Source: a virus (taxonomy: Duplodnaviria > Caudoviricetes). From it: a stretch of DNA of 64,000 bases. Position numbers and translations under genes: made by a program. The notes below the pieces were generated by a model. It saw only the letters and a program-made list of their open reading frames with translations. It did not search any database and was not told the origin of the DNA. The stretch lies in IMG/VR virus record IMGVR_UViG_3300028283_000231. One strand, given 5' to 3'. Of the stretch, positions 38,938 to 48,568 are shown piece by piece (position 1 is the stretch's first letter; every line of letters starts with the position of its first letter).

Positions 38938-40179
38938 TTATTTTTTCACTTTTCTGCCACATATTGGACAGAAACTCCAACCGCCTTTGCCTCTGCTTAC
39001 TCTATAACCACATTTACAATATTCTCTGATGGCAGATTCGTTCTTAACGTAAGTATTTGTCTGTGTTCCATCAATGATATTCTTTATGGTATCAGAATCG
39101 TAGAGTTTTTTTTTGACTGGTTTAAGTGAAAAAGGTAATAATTTGAATTTAACTCTGTAAAATGGTTCACCCACTTCAAAGGTTATTGGTGAGAAGTATT
39201 GATTAGAAACACCGCCTTTTTCAATACGTCCTGTTTCTATTCTCTTTCTTGCAAGTTTTGTTTGGACTGGTGTTCCATTTGGTCCTATTGGTCCATTTGG
39301 TCCGTTCATAGTTATGCCTCTACTCATTTCTTGTGGGGCGTAATCTATTGAAGTATAACTCGCATTAGCCATACCAAGGAAATTAGGTACACCTCCACCG
39401 AAACCTCTTGTTCCAGCTCTTCCATCGTAACCTGATGTACCAGAAGTGCCCGACACACCAGACTTACCAGAAGTTCCAGATGACCCTGATGTGCCGGATG
39501 TGCCGCTGAAACCGCTAACTCTGCCATTATTTATAGTAGCATTACTCACTATCAATTGACCGTTGTTAATGTCGAGGGTGCCATTGATTTTTAAATTACC
39601 ATTAATAACAACGTCAGTTCCACTAACAGATAAGTTAGTAGTTGAATTTGATGTTCCTATACCACCTGCTGTTCCTGATGTTGAAATAGTACTTCCACTA
39701 TACGAAATATTAGTATAGAGTGGGGTTGTGTACCAATTTGGATTAATGGTAATGTAATTTGGATCGTAAGTGGTTATACTTGTTGTATATACTGGTGGAG
39801 CTTTTTTCTCGTTCCAGAATACTACTTCTAGTACACCGTTTTTTTCGATAGCTTTGATTGCTTGTTGTACTCTTTCTTCCGACATACCTTTGGTATCGAT
39901 ATCGTAAGCGTTAAAAGTTAATTTACGATTAGTACCAATGTATCTTTCGATAGTAATTTCCTGTCCAGGATTGAGTACGAGTAGATCGTTATCTACTTTA
40001 ATACCGTTCATGCATAGTTGAACACCGATGCGTTCTTGAAGTGGGTTAAAAAATTTTAGTTGAAAATTGTCTCCGTTGCGGAGGTAAACTTTATTTTTCT
40101 TCTTTCCGTAAAGTTTACGTTGTTGACCGTTGACGCAGATTTCACACGTCGGCAAGGTCATGCCGTGCAGATCATTCAT
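38938..40179 (-). CDS. Hypothetical protein with GTS insert and C-terminal Zn ribbon
   Basis: VYL.NG..F....FNP; IETGRIEKG; CKCG...FCPICG. Confidence 0.75.
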   Translation of the reverse strand: MNDLHGMTLPTCEICVNGQQRKLYGKKKNKVYLRNGDNFQLKFFNPLQERIGVQLCMNGIKVDNDLLVLNPGQEITIERYIGTNRKLTFNAYDIDTKGMSEERVQQAIKAIEKNGVLEVVFWNEKKAPPVYTTSITTYDPNYITINPNWYTTPLYTNISYSGSTISTSGTAGGIGTSNSTTNLSVSGTDVVINGNLKINGTLDINNGQLIVSNATINNGRVSGFSGTSGTSGSSGTSGKSGVSGTSGTSGYDGRAGTRGFGGGVPNFLGMANASYTSIDYAPQEMSRGITMNGPNGPIGPNGTPVQTKLARKRIETGRIEKGGVSNQYFSPITFEVGEPFYRVKFKLLPFSLKPVKKKLYDSDTIKNIIDGTQTNTYVKNESAIREYCKCGYRVSRGKGGWSFCPICGRKVKK

Positions 40180-40366
40180 TATGTCCTCCTTTTTTCATTT
40201 TTTATTTCTGAAATACTAATTTTTTCATTGCTCTTCACAATTCAAAAGTGGAATACACTCAAAATCAGTATGACCAAAAAGATCACTCGTTTGTGACGAT
40301 ATTATATATTTAAACACTACGGTCCGAAACCCAATTTTTAGAAAATATTTTTTAATATATAGCGTT

Positions 40367-40522
40367 ATGAATACGGAATTTGAAAACTTTATTAACGAAA
40401 GCTATGCTTTCCCTAAGTCCGCTGAGCCGTTAAAAAATTATTTAATTAATTTATCGTTGGATAAATTTAAATGGTGGTTAAATAGAAAGGGACTAGCAAA
40501 TTTCATTCTTGTTCCAAATTGA
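40367..40522 (+). pseudogene. Short, probably truncated CTS-like ORF (51 aa)
   Basis: MNTEFENFINES...; late promoter upstream; runs head-on into the methyltransferase fragment. Confidence 0.45.
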
Positions 40523-40836
40523 CCGATAGCGTCTCTTATGAAATTTCTATTTATATCAACGCCAATATAGTTAATATTCAATCTAATATCCTTTGTATAA
40601 CTATATAAATCACCAAGACCACAACTGAAATCTAAAACTGAATCGTTATTTTTAACTCCAATTTCTAAAAGGTTTTTGAATCTTTCAGTTTGTTCTTTAG
40701 GACCGTGCTCCCAATAAACTTTATAGGCATTTAACCCCTTGTCCAACTTTTTAGTGGTTGTCTTATAACGATTTCTGTTATTGTTATAAACATCTAAAGT
40801 GGCACTCTTATCAAATTCATATAGTTTATTAAACAT
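40438..40836 (-). pseudogene. Class I SAM-dependent methyltransferase, N-terminal half only
   Basis: SVLDFSCGLGDL and YIGVDIN present; post-II motifs missing. Confidence 0.6.
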
Positions 40837-40856
40837 AAAACTATATATTAAAAAAA

Positions 40857-42218
40857 TTATTGAGGTTTCTTACCTTCCATACCTTTTGTTGGTATAGGTC
40901 TTCCCCTAGACTTACTCTTCTTACTCTTCCCCTTCTTCTCTCCACCACCTTCTACTTCTCTGAATTTGTTGTAGACGTCTGGGTAAAGTCTTTTATCAGC
41001 GTCAATATTGAAACTTAATTTGAAGTAATCATTGAAGTTAAGTAAATCAGATTTTTGTAAGTTGTACTCTCTGTTGATATTCAATAATTTATCAACGTGT
41101 GCATTTAATTTATCTACAAAATTGTTAAAGATTTCTACTGTTTGATCGTTAAAAACACCAACTGGTTTCTTTCTTCTTCTATTAAATGTACCAAGAATGA
41201 CCTTGAAAATATATTCAATCTTCTTATCTGATTTAATATGTTCAATAGTTTTCTTATTATTCAATAAATCAACATTAATCTTAAATTTCTCGTCTTTGAA
41301 AAACTGTGGTATATTTATCTCCCAATCATCAATATGCTTTTTTACATTTTCCATATATTCGTTGAATAACTGGCAAATTAAATCTATATAGATTTCGTCT
41401 TTAATATTAGCCTTAACTTTATAAGATTTTATATCTATTAACTGGCAATATTCCAAGAAGTTAAGTATGATTAAACTATACATTTCAACGTATTCTGCTG
41501 TATTTTGGTAGGACATTCTTTTATAAAGTGGGTTTAGTACTTCAAAAGACACGTCGTCGTTACCATCCACTTTGATAACAATTTTTTCCAGATTGTCGTT
41601 GAATTCGTCGTTGTGCATTAAAAATGAATTCTTTAACTGTGGATTTAATATATCGTAAAAGAATTTGGCGAAATTAGCCTCACCAAAAACGAATTCCAAG
41701 TCTTCTTCTGATGTGTGTAGATATAGATTAATAACTTCTAATTGCTTGTGATTTAATTTACCCATAAAAATAACAGGAAGACAATCACAATCGAAAAGAT
41801 TGGCGTACTCTTGTAATTCAGCGTAATCATATTTATATTTATTCCCCTTAACAATACAAGTAAGAATAAGATTGTTCTTTGGATTTTTAGCGTACTCTAT
41901 GTTAGCAGGACAAGCATCGTAAGGTGGGAAATATTCAAAACAGAACCACCAGTTCTTTGATAATAAATCAGTTACGTATGAAGGTAACGAGTTAAAGTAG
42001 TTGAATGCTTGGTTATAAAATTTTTGCACGGTAAGGTCTATAAAGTTAAGAGGATCGTTTTTAGTTGATTTTGGTTTAACTATAAATTTATCACCGTCAT
42101 ATTTAACGAAGATTTTGCTTCCTTGTATATCTTCGAAAATAACTAAATTGTTGTTTGTAACTAAATTTAGGAAGTCTTGGGTGTTTTCAACACCAGTTAA
42201 TTTAATAATTTGCGTCAT
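40857..42218 (-). CDS. RNA-ligase-like nucleotidyltransferase fold with degenerate motif I
   Basis: FEDIQGS at motif I (K replaced by D), FCFEYF (III), LEKIVIK (IV). Confidence 0.5.
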   Translation of the reverse strand: MTQIIKLTGVENTQDFLNLVTNNNLVIFEDIQGSKIFVKYDGDKFIVKPKSTKNDPLNFIDLTVQKFYNQAFNYFNSLPSYVTDLLSKNWWFCFEYFPPYDACPANIEYAKNPKNNLILTCIVKGNKYKYDYAELQEYANLFDCDCLPVIFMGKLNHKQLEVINLYLHTSEEDLEFVFGEANFAKFFYDILNPQLKNSFLMHNDEFNDNLEKIVIKVDGNDDVSFEVLNPLYKRMSYQNTAEYVEMYSLIILNFLEYCQLIDIKSYKVKANIKDEIYIDLICQLFNEYMENVKKHIDDWEINIPQFFKDEKFKINVDLLNNKKTIEHIKSDKKIEYIFKVILGTFNRRRKKPVGVFNDQTVEIFNNFVDKLNAHVDKLLNINREYNLQKSDLLNFNDYFKLSFNIDADKRLYPDVYNKFREVEGGGEKKGKSKKSKSRGRPIPTKGMEGKKPQ

Positions 42219-42296
42219 AAGAAATTCTTTTGTTTTTTGAATTTGTAAACTTATATATTAAAAATCGAGGACCAGAATTTTATATATAGTTGCAAT

Positions 42297-42923
42297 ATGG
42301 AAAATTTAGTACCTTTTGATTCTTTTTTAAATGAGAAGCTTGGTGTTTCTGATGTTGTTTACAGAACAGCAGAAAAAATATATGCACAGAAGAATTTAAA
42401 AAAATGGGAGACTAAATTTAGTAGATCCAACTTAAAAGGTAAAATGACCCTTGATACAAAAGAATATGAAGCACCTTTCAATGAAATGAATCTTGTTATA
42501 CATTTTACTAATAACGAACGTCCAAAGAATAGACACGGTGGTATGGATAGAATTGATCAGAATACTTACGATATTTACATATATCACCATTGTAATAACG
42601 TATTTAGAACACTTGCTCACGAATTAGACCACGTATATCAAGTTTATTTAAAGAAAGAAAGATATAAAACTAATTTCGCCAAACCATCTGTGCTAAGGAA
42701 ATCTGAACAAAGCCCAATAATGATGTCTGTTTACACTCAACTAAAACAGAGAGGGGTGAAGTCAAAAGAAGAATTTATAGAGAAGTTAATGAAGTTACCG
42801 AAGTACAAGAAGTACGTAGAAATACTTGATGATCCAAAACAAAGTAATAAGAATAAGGCTGTAGCTGATAAGATGATAAAGAAGATGCATAAGTTGTACG
42901 CTGTGTTCGCAGACGAAAAATAA
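42297..42923 (+). CDS. Putative zinc metallopeptidase with CTS-like N-terminus
   Basis: TLAHELDH (HExxH); starts MENLVPFDSFLNE. Confidence 0.6.
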   Translation: MENLVPFDSFLNEKLGVSDVVYRTAEKIYAQKNLKKWETKFSRSNLKGKMTLDTKEYEAPFNEMNLVIHFTNNERPKNRHGGMDRIDQNTYDIYIYHHCNNVFRTLAHELDHVYQVYLKKERYKTNFAKPSVLRKSEQSPIMMSVYTQLKQRGVKSKEEFIEKLMKLPKYKKYVEILDDPKQSNKNKAVADKMIKKMHKLYAVFADEK

Positions 42924-42931
42924 GTTAAAAA

Positions 42932-43720
42932 ATGATGCTTAATTATATGCAATACATAAAAGAAATGGAAGATCCTTTATCTGGTACAACGTCAGATATA
43001 AAGATCAAAGTAGAAGGTAAAAACTCTCTAGTTCAAACCCTTATAGATAATCTTTCTATTGTTGTTAAGAAAAGAAAATTAAAAAGTGTTCGTATAAAAG
43101 GCATTACGGGTTATATCAATAGACAAACATTTACACATCACGGTAATTTTTACGATACTTATCTCGAAGTCACTCTTACTAATAAAGACGTTATAGTGGG
43201 TGAATATAAATCGTCAAGTAATAGTGTTCTTGTTAGAATTAATGATGATATAGTTTACGATATGGATAATAAAGCGTTTGATAACGAAGTTTTAATTGAT
43301 AAGATGGTAGGTGAATATATTAAGTATTTAAAAGAGAAGAGATTCAGTATCAATGAAGCTGTTACAGAAAAAGAAAACGGAGATAAGGTTTACGATTTTG
43401 ATAATATTATAGAACATGCGGTAAAATATCTAAAAGCTGATGATTATGTAATAAATGACGCTATAAGAAGAATGTTATTAAATAAAAATGCTACCTTTTG
43501 GATGCTTTTAGATGACGATCAAGTGGGATCTTTTGAAAAGACTTCTATCATCAAAGACGTCTCTTATCAATACAATATGATTCTTGTAACTACTAAGAAT
43601 AACATGGAAGGGTTTATCGATTTAAGTAAACCTGTTACAGTTCACCCTAATTTTTTTAAAGAAGAAAAAAAGGCAAAAGAAGAAAGAGTAAGATGGTACC
43701 ATAAAGGAAAATTAAATTAA
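42932..43720 (+). CDS. Hypothetical protein, CTS-like
   Basis: MMLNYMQYIKE; internal FSINE; C-terminal WYHKGKL. Confidence 0.7.
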   Translation: MMLNYMQYIKEMEDPLSGTTSDIKIKVEGKNSLVQTLIDNLSIVVKKRKLKSVRIKGITGYINRQTFTHHGNFYDTYLEVTLTNKDVIVGEYKSSSNSVLVRINDDIVYDMDNKAFDNEVLIDKMVGEYIKYLKEKRFSINEAVTEKENGDKVYDFDNIIEHAVKYLKADDYVINDAIRRMLLNKNATFWMLLDDDQVGSFEKTSIIKDVSYQYNMILVTTKNNMEGFIDLSKPVTVHPNFFKEEKKAKEERVRWYHKGKLN

Positions 43721-43791
43721 GTTTTGTATTGTAATATTTTTTTATTAAATTTGCCGATCAATATATAGAATTAAGAATTATAAAGATAAAC

Positions 43792-44637
43792 ATGAGTCTA
43801 AAAGGTTATAAAAAATTCAACGAAGCACGTAGGCACAAGCCAAAAGGAAGGCATAGAGGGGGAAATATGAACACTATCCCTCAACAGCGTTTCCCCAATT
43901 CTTCGTGGAAAGAAGACGTACCAAGGTTCACCAATAGGGTTGAACCACGTGGTATGAATATGACCTTTTCAGAAAGATTTAAATATATTCTCACTAAAAT
44001 AAGTAAAAAAGGAAATAAAATAGCAAAAGAACTACTTGAACTCCCTAATAAACCAGAAGCCAAATTTGAATACTCTTATCTTGACCTAACAGGAAGACAA
44101 GATACTATGTCTTATCTACCTAATGGTGCAAAAGATATTCCAGAGGAAGAAAGATATAAATCTAATAAAAGACAACATTCCAAAATTTATAAAACCGTAA
44201 AAACTATATTTGGTAGTAAGTACACAAAAAACGAGGTTACTAAATTTGTTTCTATTTACAACGAAGTTTATAAACAAGGACCAGATAAAGCAGATACCTC
44301 AAAACCAAAACAGTCTGACGAGCAATTACTTAAAAAGATAATTGAGGACACAAAGAGTGATAAATTAAAATGGAAAAAGGAGACAGGTGCTGGTAATATG
44401 GCTAGATATGAAGCCAAGGTTACTATTACAGAAAAGAAGTATCTTGTGTTTTGCTTCTTTCATTTTGATCAATCTATAAAAGAAGAGGCTATGTCTTTCA
44501 TAACTATTAATCTTTATAACGATTTAGGTAAGACTAAAGATGATAAAACAATGTGGATAAACACGTTACAATTTAAAGATATAACAGATTTCTTACCAGT
44601 TTTCAAAGAAAAATATAAAATTGAAGTTGAAGCCTAA
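43792..44637 (+). CDS. Hypothetical protein, CTS-like, with repeated phage domain
   Basis: MSLKGYKKFNE; LLKKIIEDTKSDKLKW. Confidence 0.75.
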   Translation: MSLKGYKKFNEARRHKPKGRHRGGNMNTIPQQRFPNSSWKEDVPRFTNRVEPRGMNMTFSERFKYILTKISKKGNKIAKELLELPNKPEAKFEYSYLDLTGRQDTMSYLPNGAKDIPEEERYKSNKRQHSKIYKTVKTIFGSKYTKNEVTKFVSIYNEVYKQGPDKADTSKPKQSDEQLLKKIIEDTKSDKLKWKKETGAGNMARYEAKVTITEKKYLVFCFFHFDQSIKEEAMSFITINLYNDLGKTKDDKTMWINTLQFKDITDFLPVFKEKYKIEVEA

Positions 44638-45239
44638 TGGATCTAAATAAACCAAAGGACGTATTAAAAGATTTACTTAGAGATACTGAGAACGATAAAA
44701 TAAAATGGGACGTTTCCATTGAAGAACAGTTCATTAAGGCTACTCATTTTATAGACGTGACCAAAAATAAAAAGGTCACTTTCAAATTAGTATATTTTCT
44801 TAATCATCCCAAGGGGTCAAAATTAACTATAATTTACGACGTTAGAACAGACTTTTCCAGAAGGTCAGCCACATTAATGGATTCAGGTGGTAAGAATAAG
44901 AAGTCAGAAGTTAAAGATATATCTTACCTTCTTCATAAAATATTATTAAAAGAAGAAAGATATAAAGACGTTGAAATCTTCATAGAAGATAAATTTGATA
45001 TTGGTGATAGAGTTGTTGTTACAAAGGTTCAGGAATTTAATGGAGACGAACTTGGACAAAAGGGAACAATTCTAGCTGAGTTATCTGGAAGAGATAAAGA
45101 AGTTCTTTTCTTGATTAAATTTGATAATAAGTTTAGTGACGTTATGGTTGACGGTGAGTTTGCTTTAAACACGGGACAAACAAGAGATGGTAATGCTTGG
45201 TCTTTTAAACCTGAAAATATAAAAAGAATTAAAGATTAG
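44637..45239 (+). CDS. Repeated phage domain plus KOW/SH3-like C-terminus
   Basis: VLKDLLRDTENDKIKW; FDIGDRVVV....GQKGTI. Confidence 0.7.
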   Translation: MDLNKPKDVLKDLLRDTENDKIKWDVSIEEQFIKATHFIDVTKNKKVTFKLVYFLNHPKGSKLTIIYDVRTDFSRRSATLMDSGGKNKKSEVKDISYLLHKILLKEERYKDVEIFIEDKFDIGDRVVVTKVQEFNGDELGQKGTILAELSGRDKEVLFLIKFDNKFSDVMVDGEFALNTGQTRDGNAWSFKPENIKRIKD

Positions 45240-46063
45240 CCTATTCTAACAAAATCGTAATCTTTTACTTTATTAAAAGGAACTATAAATCTAGATCCAC
45301 CATTGGTAACAAAAGTGACTTTAATTCTATCATAATCTATATCTGTAACAACGTAGGAGTTACTTCTAACACCAATATCAGATCTAAGAGTATAGAATTG
45401 ATTTAATCTAACATCTTCAATATTGGATGGAAAATCGTCACCTATTTCAACAGGATCATCGTCTTCAATGATATCGTCTTCAATATCTTTAATTAATTTA
45501 CCTTTTGAATACCATTTAACACCTTCTTTTGTAGGTTCTACATTTTCTTTAATAGATTTCATTACACGCTCTAAAATTAGAAATATACCATCTCTACCTT
45601 CTATTATATCAACATTACCTTGTTGATAACGATGTGGTCCAGTTTTTGCTCTTTTCGGATCTCCTTTAACGTTATATCTGGCATAAAGATTGCCAGCTAG
45701 TCCGTCTACAAATAAAGCAAAATAATTACGTTTATCTTCTACTAATTCTTCACCGTCTTCTTTTAATAACTCAAAACCTAGTGGATCATCAGCGTAAACT
45801 AATTGATAACCAAAGTTCCAGTCTATTCTCTCTACTATAAAGTCGTATAATTCTTTTACTTTATTACGCTCGTCCCATATTTCTTCCCCATAAGGATCTA
45901 AATCTTCGTGGCCTTCTCTCATCAAACAATACTGCTCGTATGTGGCAATCTTTCTTGCTGACGGATCTGTTCCGCCTGCAGCCTTATTAGTTTTGGCTTT
46001 ACCAGATTTCTTCATCAGTTTCTTAAACTGTTTCACAGTAGATTTTCTTGGTAATCCAGGCAT
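45236..46063 (-). CDS. Hypothetical protein with DPYGEExW and WYxKGKL motifs
   Basis: LDPYGEEIW; VKWYSKGKL. Confidence 0.7.
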   Translation of the reverse strand: MPGLPRKSTVKQFKKLMKKSGKAKTNKAAGGTDPSARKIATYEQYCLMREGHEDLDPYGEEIWDERNKVKELYDFIVERIDWNFGYQLVYADDPLGFELLKEDGEELVEDKRNYFALFVDGLAGNLYARYNVKGDPKRAKTGPHRYQQGNVDIIEGRDGIFLILERVMKSIKENVEPTKEGVKWYSKGKLIKDIEDDIIEDDDPVEIGDDFPSNIEDVRLNQFYTLRSDIGVRSNSYVVTDIDYDRIKVTFVTNGGSRFIVPFNKVKDYDFVRIG

Positions 46064-47133
46064 TAGAAATCATTAATTTTTGGACGTTGGCCAGTGCCAC
46101 TCATAGATTCCCACTCTTTCAAATAACCAGCTAATCCTATATTCCTATAAAACATTATAACATCTCTTCTTTCAACTTGGTAAAATTTAACAAGTATAAG
46201 ATTTAATTGATCTATTTTAGCTAAAAACTCGTTGAATTCTACATCTTTATCTACCGACGTTTTTGCTTGTAAACTATCCACTATTCCCACTAAACTTCTT
46301 AGTGAAGTATCTTTTATGAAAGAGCTCCAACTTTTATATTTATTAAGATAACCGTCTACTATATTAAGGTTTTCTTTTGTTTCTGGTGGAACGTCATCTA
46401 TCTCTCTTCTGGGGTTTACTTTTTTAACTGCTGTTTTAGGTGGTCTTGTTAAGTCGTAATTTATTCTGCGGTGTCCTTCTTCGCCAGCGTAGAATTCAGT
46501 TTTAACTGATTCGGGAGCTAGTTTGAACCAACCTTTGGGTCTATCTAATTTATTTTGTTTACCTATTAACATCATGAGTTTCCAACAATTATCGTAGGTG
46601 TTGTCGTATTTCTTTTGGAATATAACGTCACTATAAATAAGTTTCATGATGTCTGCTGAATCCTCTGGTTTCTGTAATATTAAAGATTGTTTAATAACTT
46701 CTTCTGAGAAGGATAAATCTTTCATACCAGCTTTATAGGCGTCATCAAGTCTTTTCTTTTCTTCGTTGATGAAAAGTTGTCTTTTATGTTTAGTTAAGTT
46801 TGGTTTTAAATAGTGAAGATTATTACGCATCTCTTTTGTGCCTTTAATATCTCTAACACCCAACCATCGAGTATCTTCTTTTTTAAAGAATGTTCTAGCT
46901 TTTTGGTCTCCTCTTTTCCATCTCTTCATAAAATCGTCAAGAAATTTATCAAGGAAAGAAGGGCTGATTGTGATTTTATGATCAGTCATGAGGACGTTGG
47001 ACATTTCTTCAACGTCTATGGTTTCTTTGGGTTCGAGTGAAACTATGACGTCGTGCATTGCGTCTCTTAATTTTCTACTGGAAATCATAGCCATGTCCTC
47101 GTTTAAAAAATCATTGTAATTTAATTCTATCAT
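46063..47133 (-). CDS. Hypothetical protein, CTS-like
   Basis: MIELNYNDFLNE. Confidence 0.75.
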   Translation of the reverse strand: MIELNYNDFLNEDMAMISSRKLRDAMHDVIVSLEPKETIDVEEMSNVLMTDHKITISPSFLDKFLDDFMKRWKRGDQKARTFFKKEDTRWLGVRDIKGTKEMRNNLHYLKPNLTKHKRQLFINEEKKRLDDAYKAGMKDLSFSEEVIKQSLILQKPEDSADIMKLIYSDVIFQKKYDNTYDNCWKLMMLIGKQNKLDRPKGWFKLAPESVKTEFYAGEEGHRRINYDLTRPPKTAVKKVNPRREIDDVPPETKENLNIVDGYLNKYKSWSSFIKDTSLRSLVGIVDSLQAKTSVDKDVEFNEFLAKIDQLNLILVKFYQVERRDVIMFYRNIGLAGYLKEWESMSGTGQRPKINDF

Positions 47134-47248
47134 AATATAATTATATTTTGGAGGAACTAACCCCTTTTTTAATATATAACTATATATAAAAATAATTTGT
47201 TAAAAAATCAAACTTTACCTGTAAATAAAAATAAAACAATAAAATAAT

Positions 47249-47524
47249 ATGCCCACTGTGAAATTAAACCTTAAAGAGAAAATAGCCTATCGATCTTTCG
47301 ATAGCCAAGATAAATTGAACGAGTTTATGGTAGAATATATATTCAACGCCAAAACTGATAAAATCATTTTTAAAGGAGATCCTTGGGAAATAAACCTTAA
47401 ACTCTTAAAGAAACTTATTGATAAGGAAAATCCACTTGTTGAGAACAACGACATAAGGGGAGCTTTTAGAAAGATTATACAATTAACTATGAATGAACCT
47501 TATTGTGTTATTTACAAGGAGTAA
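47249..47524 (+). CDS. Hypothetical protein
   Basis: 91-aa ORF. Confidence 0.65.
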   Translation: MPTVKLNLKEKIAYRSFDSQDKLNEFMVEYIFNAKTDKIIFKGDPWEINLKLLKKLIDKENPLVENNDIRGAFRKIIQLTMNEPYCVIYKE

Positions 47525-47758
47525 TCACATATCTGGTTTATCGTGTTGTGATCTAACACATCTTTCGTATTCTACAATTTTCTTTTTATATTCAATAAAA
47601 GCCTTTTGTATTACTCTTATCGATTCTTCTACGTCACAAGGCTTTTTCAAATCAACCTTCATTAGTAGATTAACTATTCTTGTTGCGTAAACGAATTCTT
47701 CTGGGAGATTCATTTCTTTCGCTGTTGGCTTATTTTCGTCTAATATTTCTTTCATCAC
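47525..47758 (-). CDS. Hypothetical protein
   Basis: 77-aa ORF. Confidence 0.65.
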   Translation of the reverse strand: MMKEILDENKPTAKEMNLPEEFVYATRIVNLLMKVDLKKPCDVEESIRVIQKAFIEYKKKIVEYERCVRSQHDKPDM

Positions 47759-48033
47759 TTATTAGTCATTTCATCTATTAATTTCGTCCTTCTGAAATTT
47801 TGATATTCTTCTGTATCATGTCTTCTACCATTTACGTAAAACTGGTGTCCTATACCATCAAAAAATTCAATGGCCGGACCGTCTTCTCTATGTAGTTGAT
47901 TATTAAATTTATATTCAAATCTATCTCCGAATCTAATTTTTTGAGGTTCGTTGCATTTAAGCCAATTTAGTACACCTACTTCTTCTGTATAAAATTCGGC
48001 ATCAAGTTTTGCTTCTTTAGTTTTTACGGGCAT
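47755..48033 (-). CDS. HREDGPA-motif protein with C-terminal RTKLID tag
   Basis: LHREDGPAIEF..G...FYVNG; ends RRTKLIDEMTNK. Confidence 0.7.
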   Translation of the reverse strand: MPVKTKEAKLDAEFYTEEVGVLNWLKCNEPQKIRFGDRFEYKFNNQLHREDGPAIEFFDGIGHQFYVNGRRHDTEEYQNFRRTKLIDEMTNK

Positions 48034-48287
48034 AATTCATCTATTAGTTTTGTTCTGTGGTGATTTTTAAATTCCCCTAATGATAAAAACATATCGAAAA
48101 TTTTACCTTCCCATTCACATTTATCACAAATATAGTTTCGATCTTTCATATCGGCCATGAAATCATCTATTTCACCAGTATTATTACCACATTTGGGGCA
48201 ATGTATGGTAGATGGCCAACTACTTCTACCAACCCATCCATATGAATTAGGAACAGCTCTACTTACATATCCACTTTCGTTATACAT
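48024..48287 (-). CDS. Zn-ribbon protein with C-terminal RTKLID tag
   Basis: CPKCG...CDKC; ends HRTKLIDELCP. Confidence 0.7.
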   Translation of the reverse strand: MYNESGYVSRAVPNSYGWVGRSSWPSTIHCPKCGNNTGEIDDFMADMKDRNYICDKCEWEGKIFDMFLSLGEFKNHHRTKLIDELCP

Positions 48288-48568
48288 TAAATGGTCTTTA
48301 CGATATTGATTATTGTTCCTAGGAAATCTTTAATCCAGTTACCAATGAGGGAACCACTCCAAAGCGGAAAAAACAAAATTACAATAATTAAAATGAAAAG
48401 CAAAAACTTTTTTATATTTTTTCTATTATTGTGCCAAAACAAGATTAGATTAAATGGTCTCTTAGCTGGATCTTTTATTTTTCTACCATCGTGAATATTC
48501 ATAAGATTCTGGTTTTGTTGATTATATATTAAAAGACGAAATAAGTTTTCAAAATGTTTCCCAAACAT
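48287..48568 (-). CDS. Small membrane protein (start uncertain)
   Basis: FLLFILIIVILFFPLW hydrophobic helix. Confidence 0.6.
   Translation of the reverse strand: MFGKHFENLFRLLIYNQQNQNLMNIHDGRKIKDPAKRPFNLILFWHNNRKNIKKFLLFILIIVILFFPLWSGSLIGNWIKDFLGTIINIVKTI

Noticed and set aside
40180-40310. Possible structured 5' leader upstream of the 413-aa gene
   Set aside because: Only short, weak helices; no known riboswitch signature
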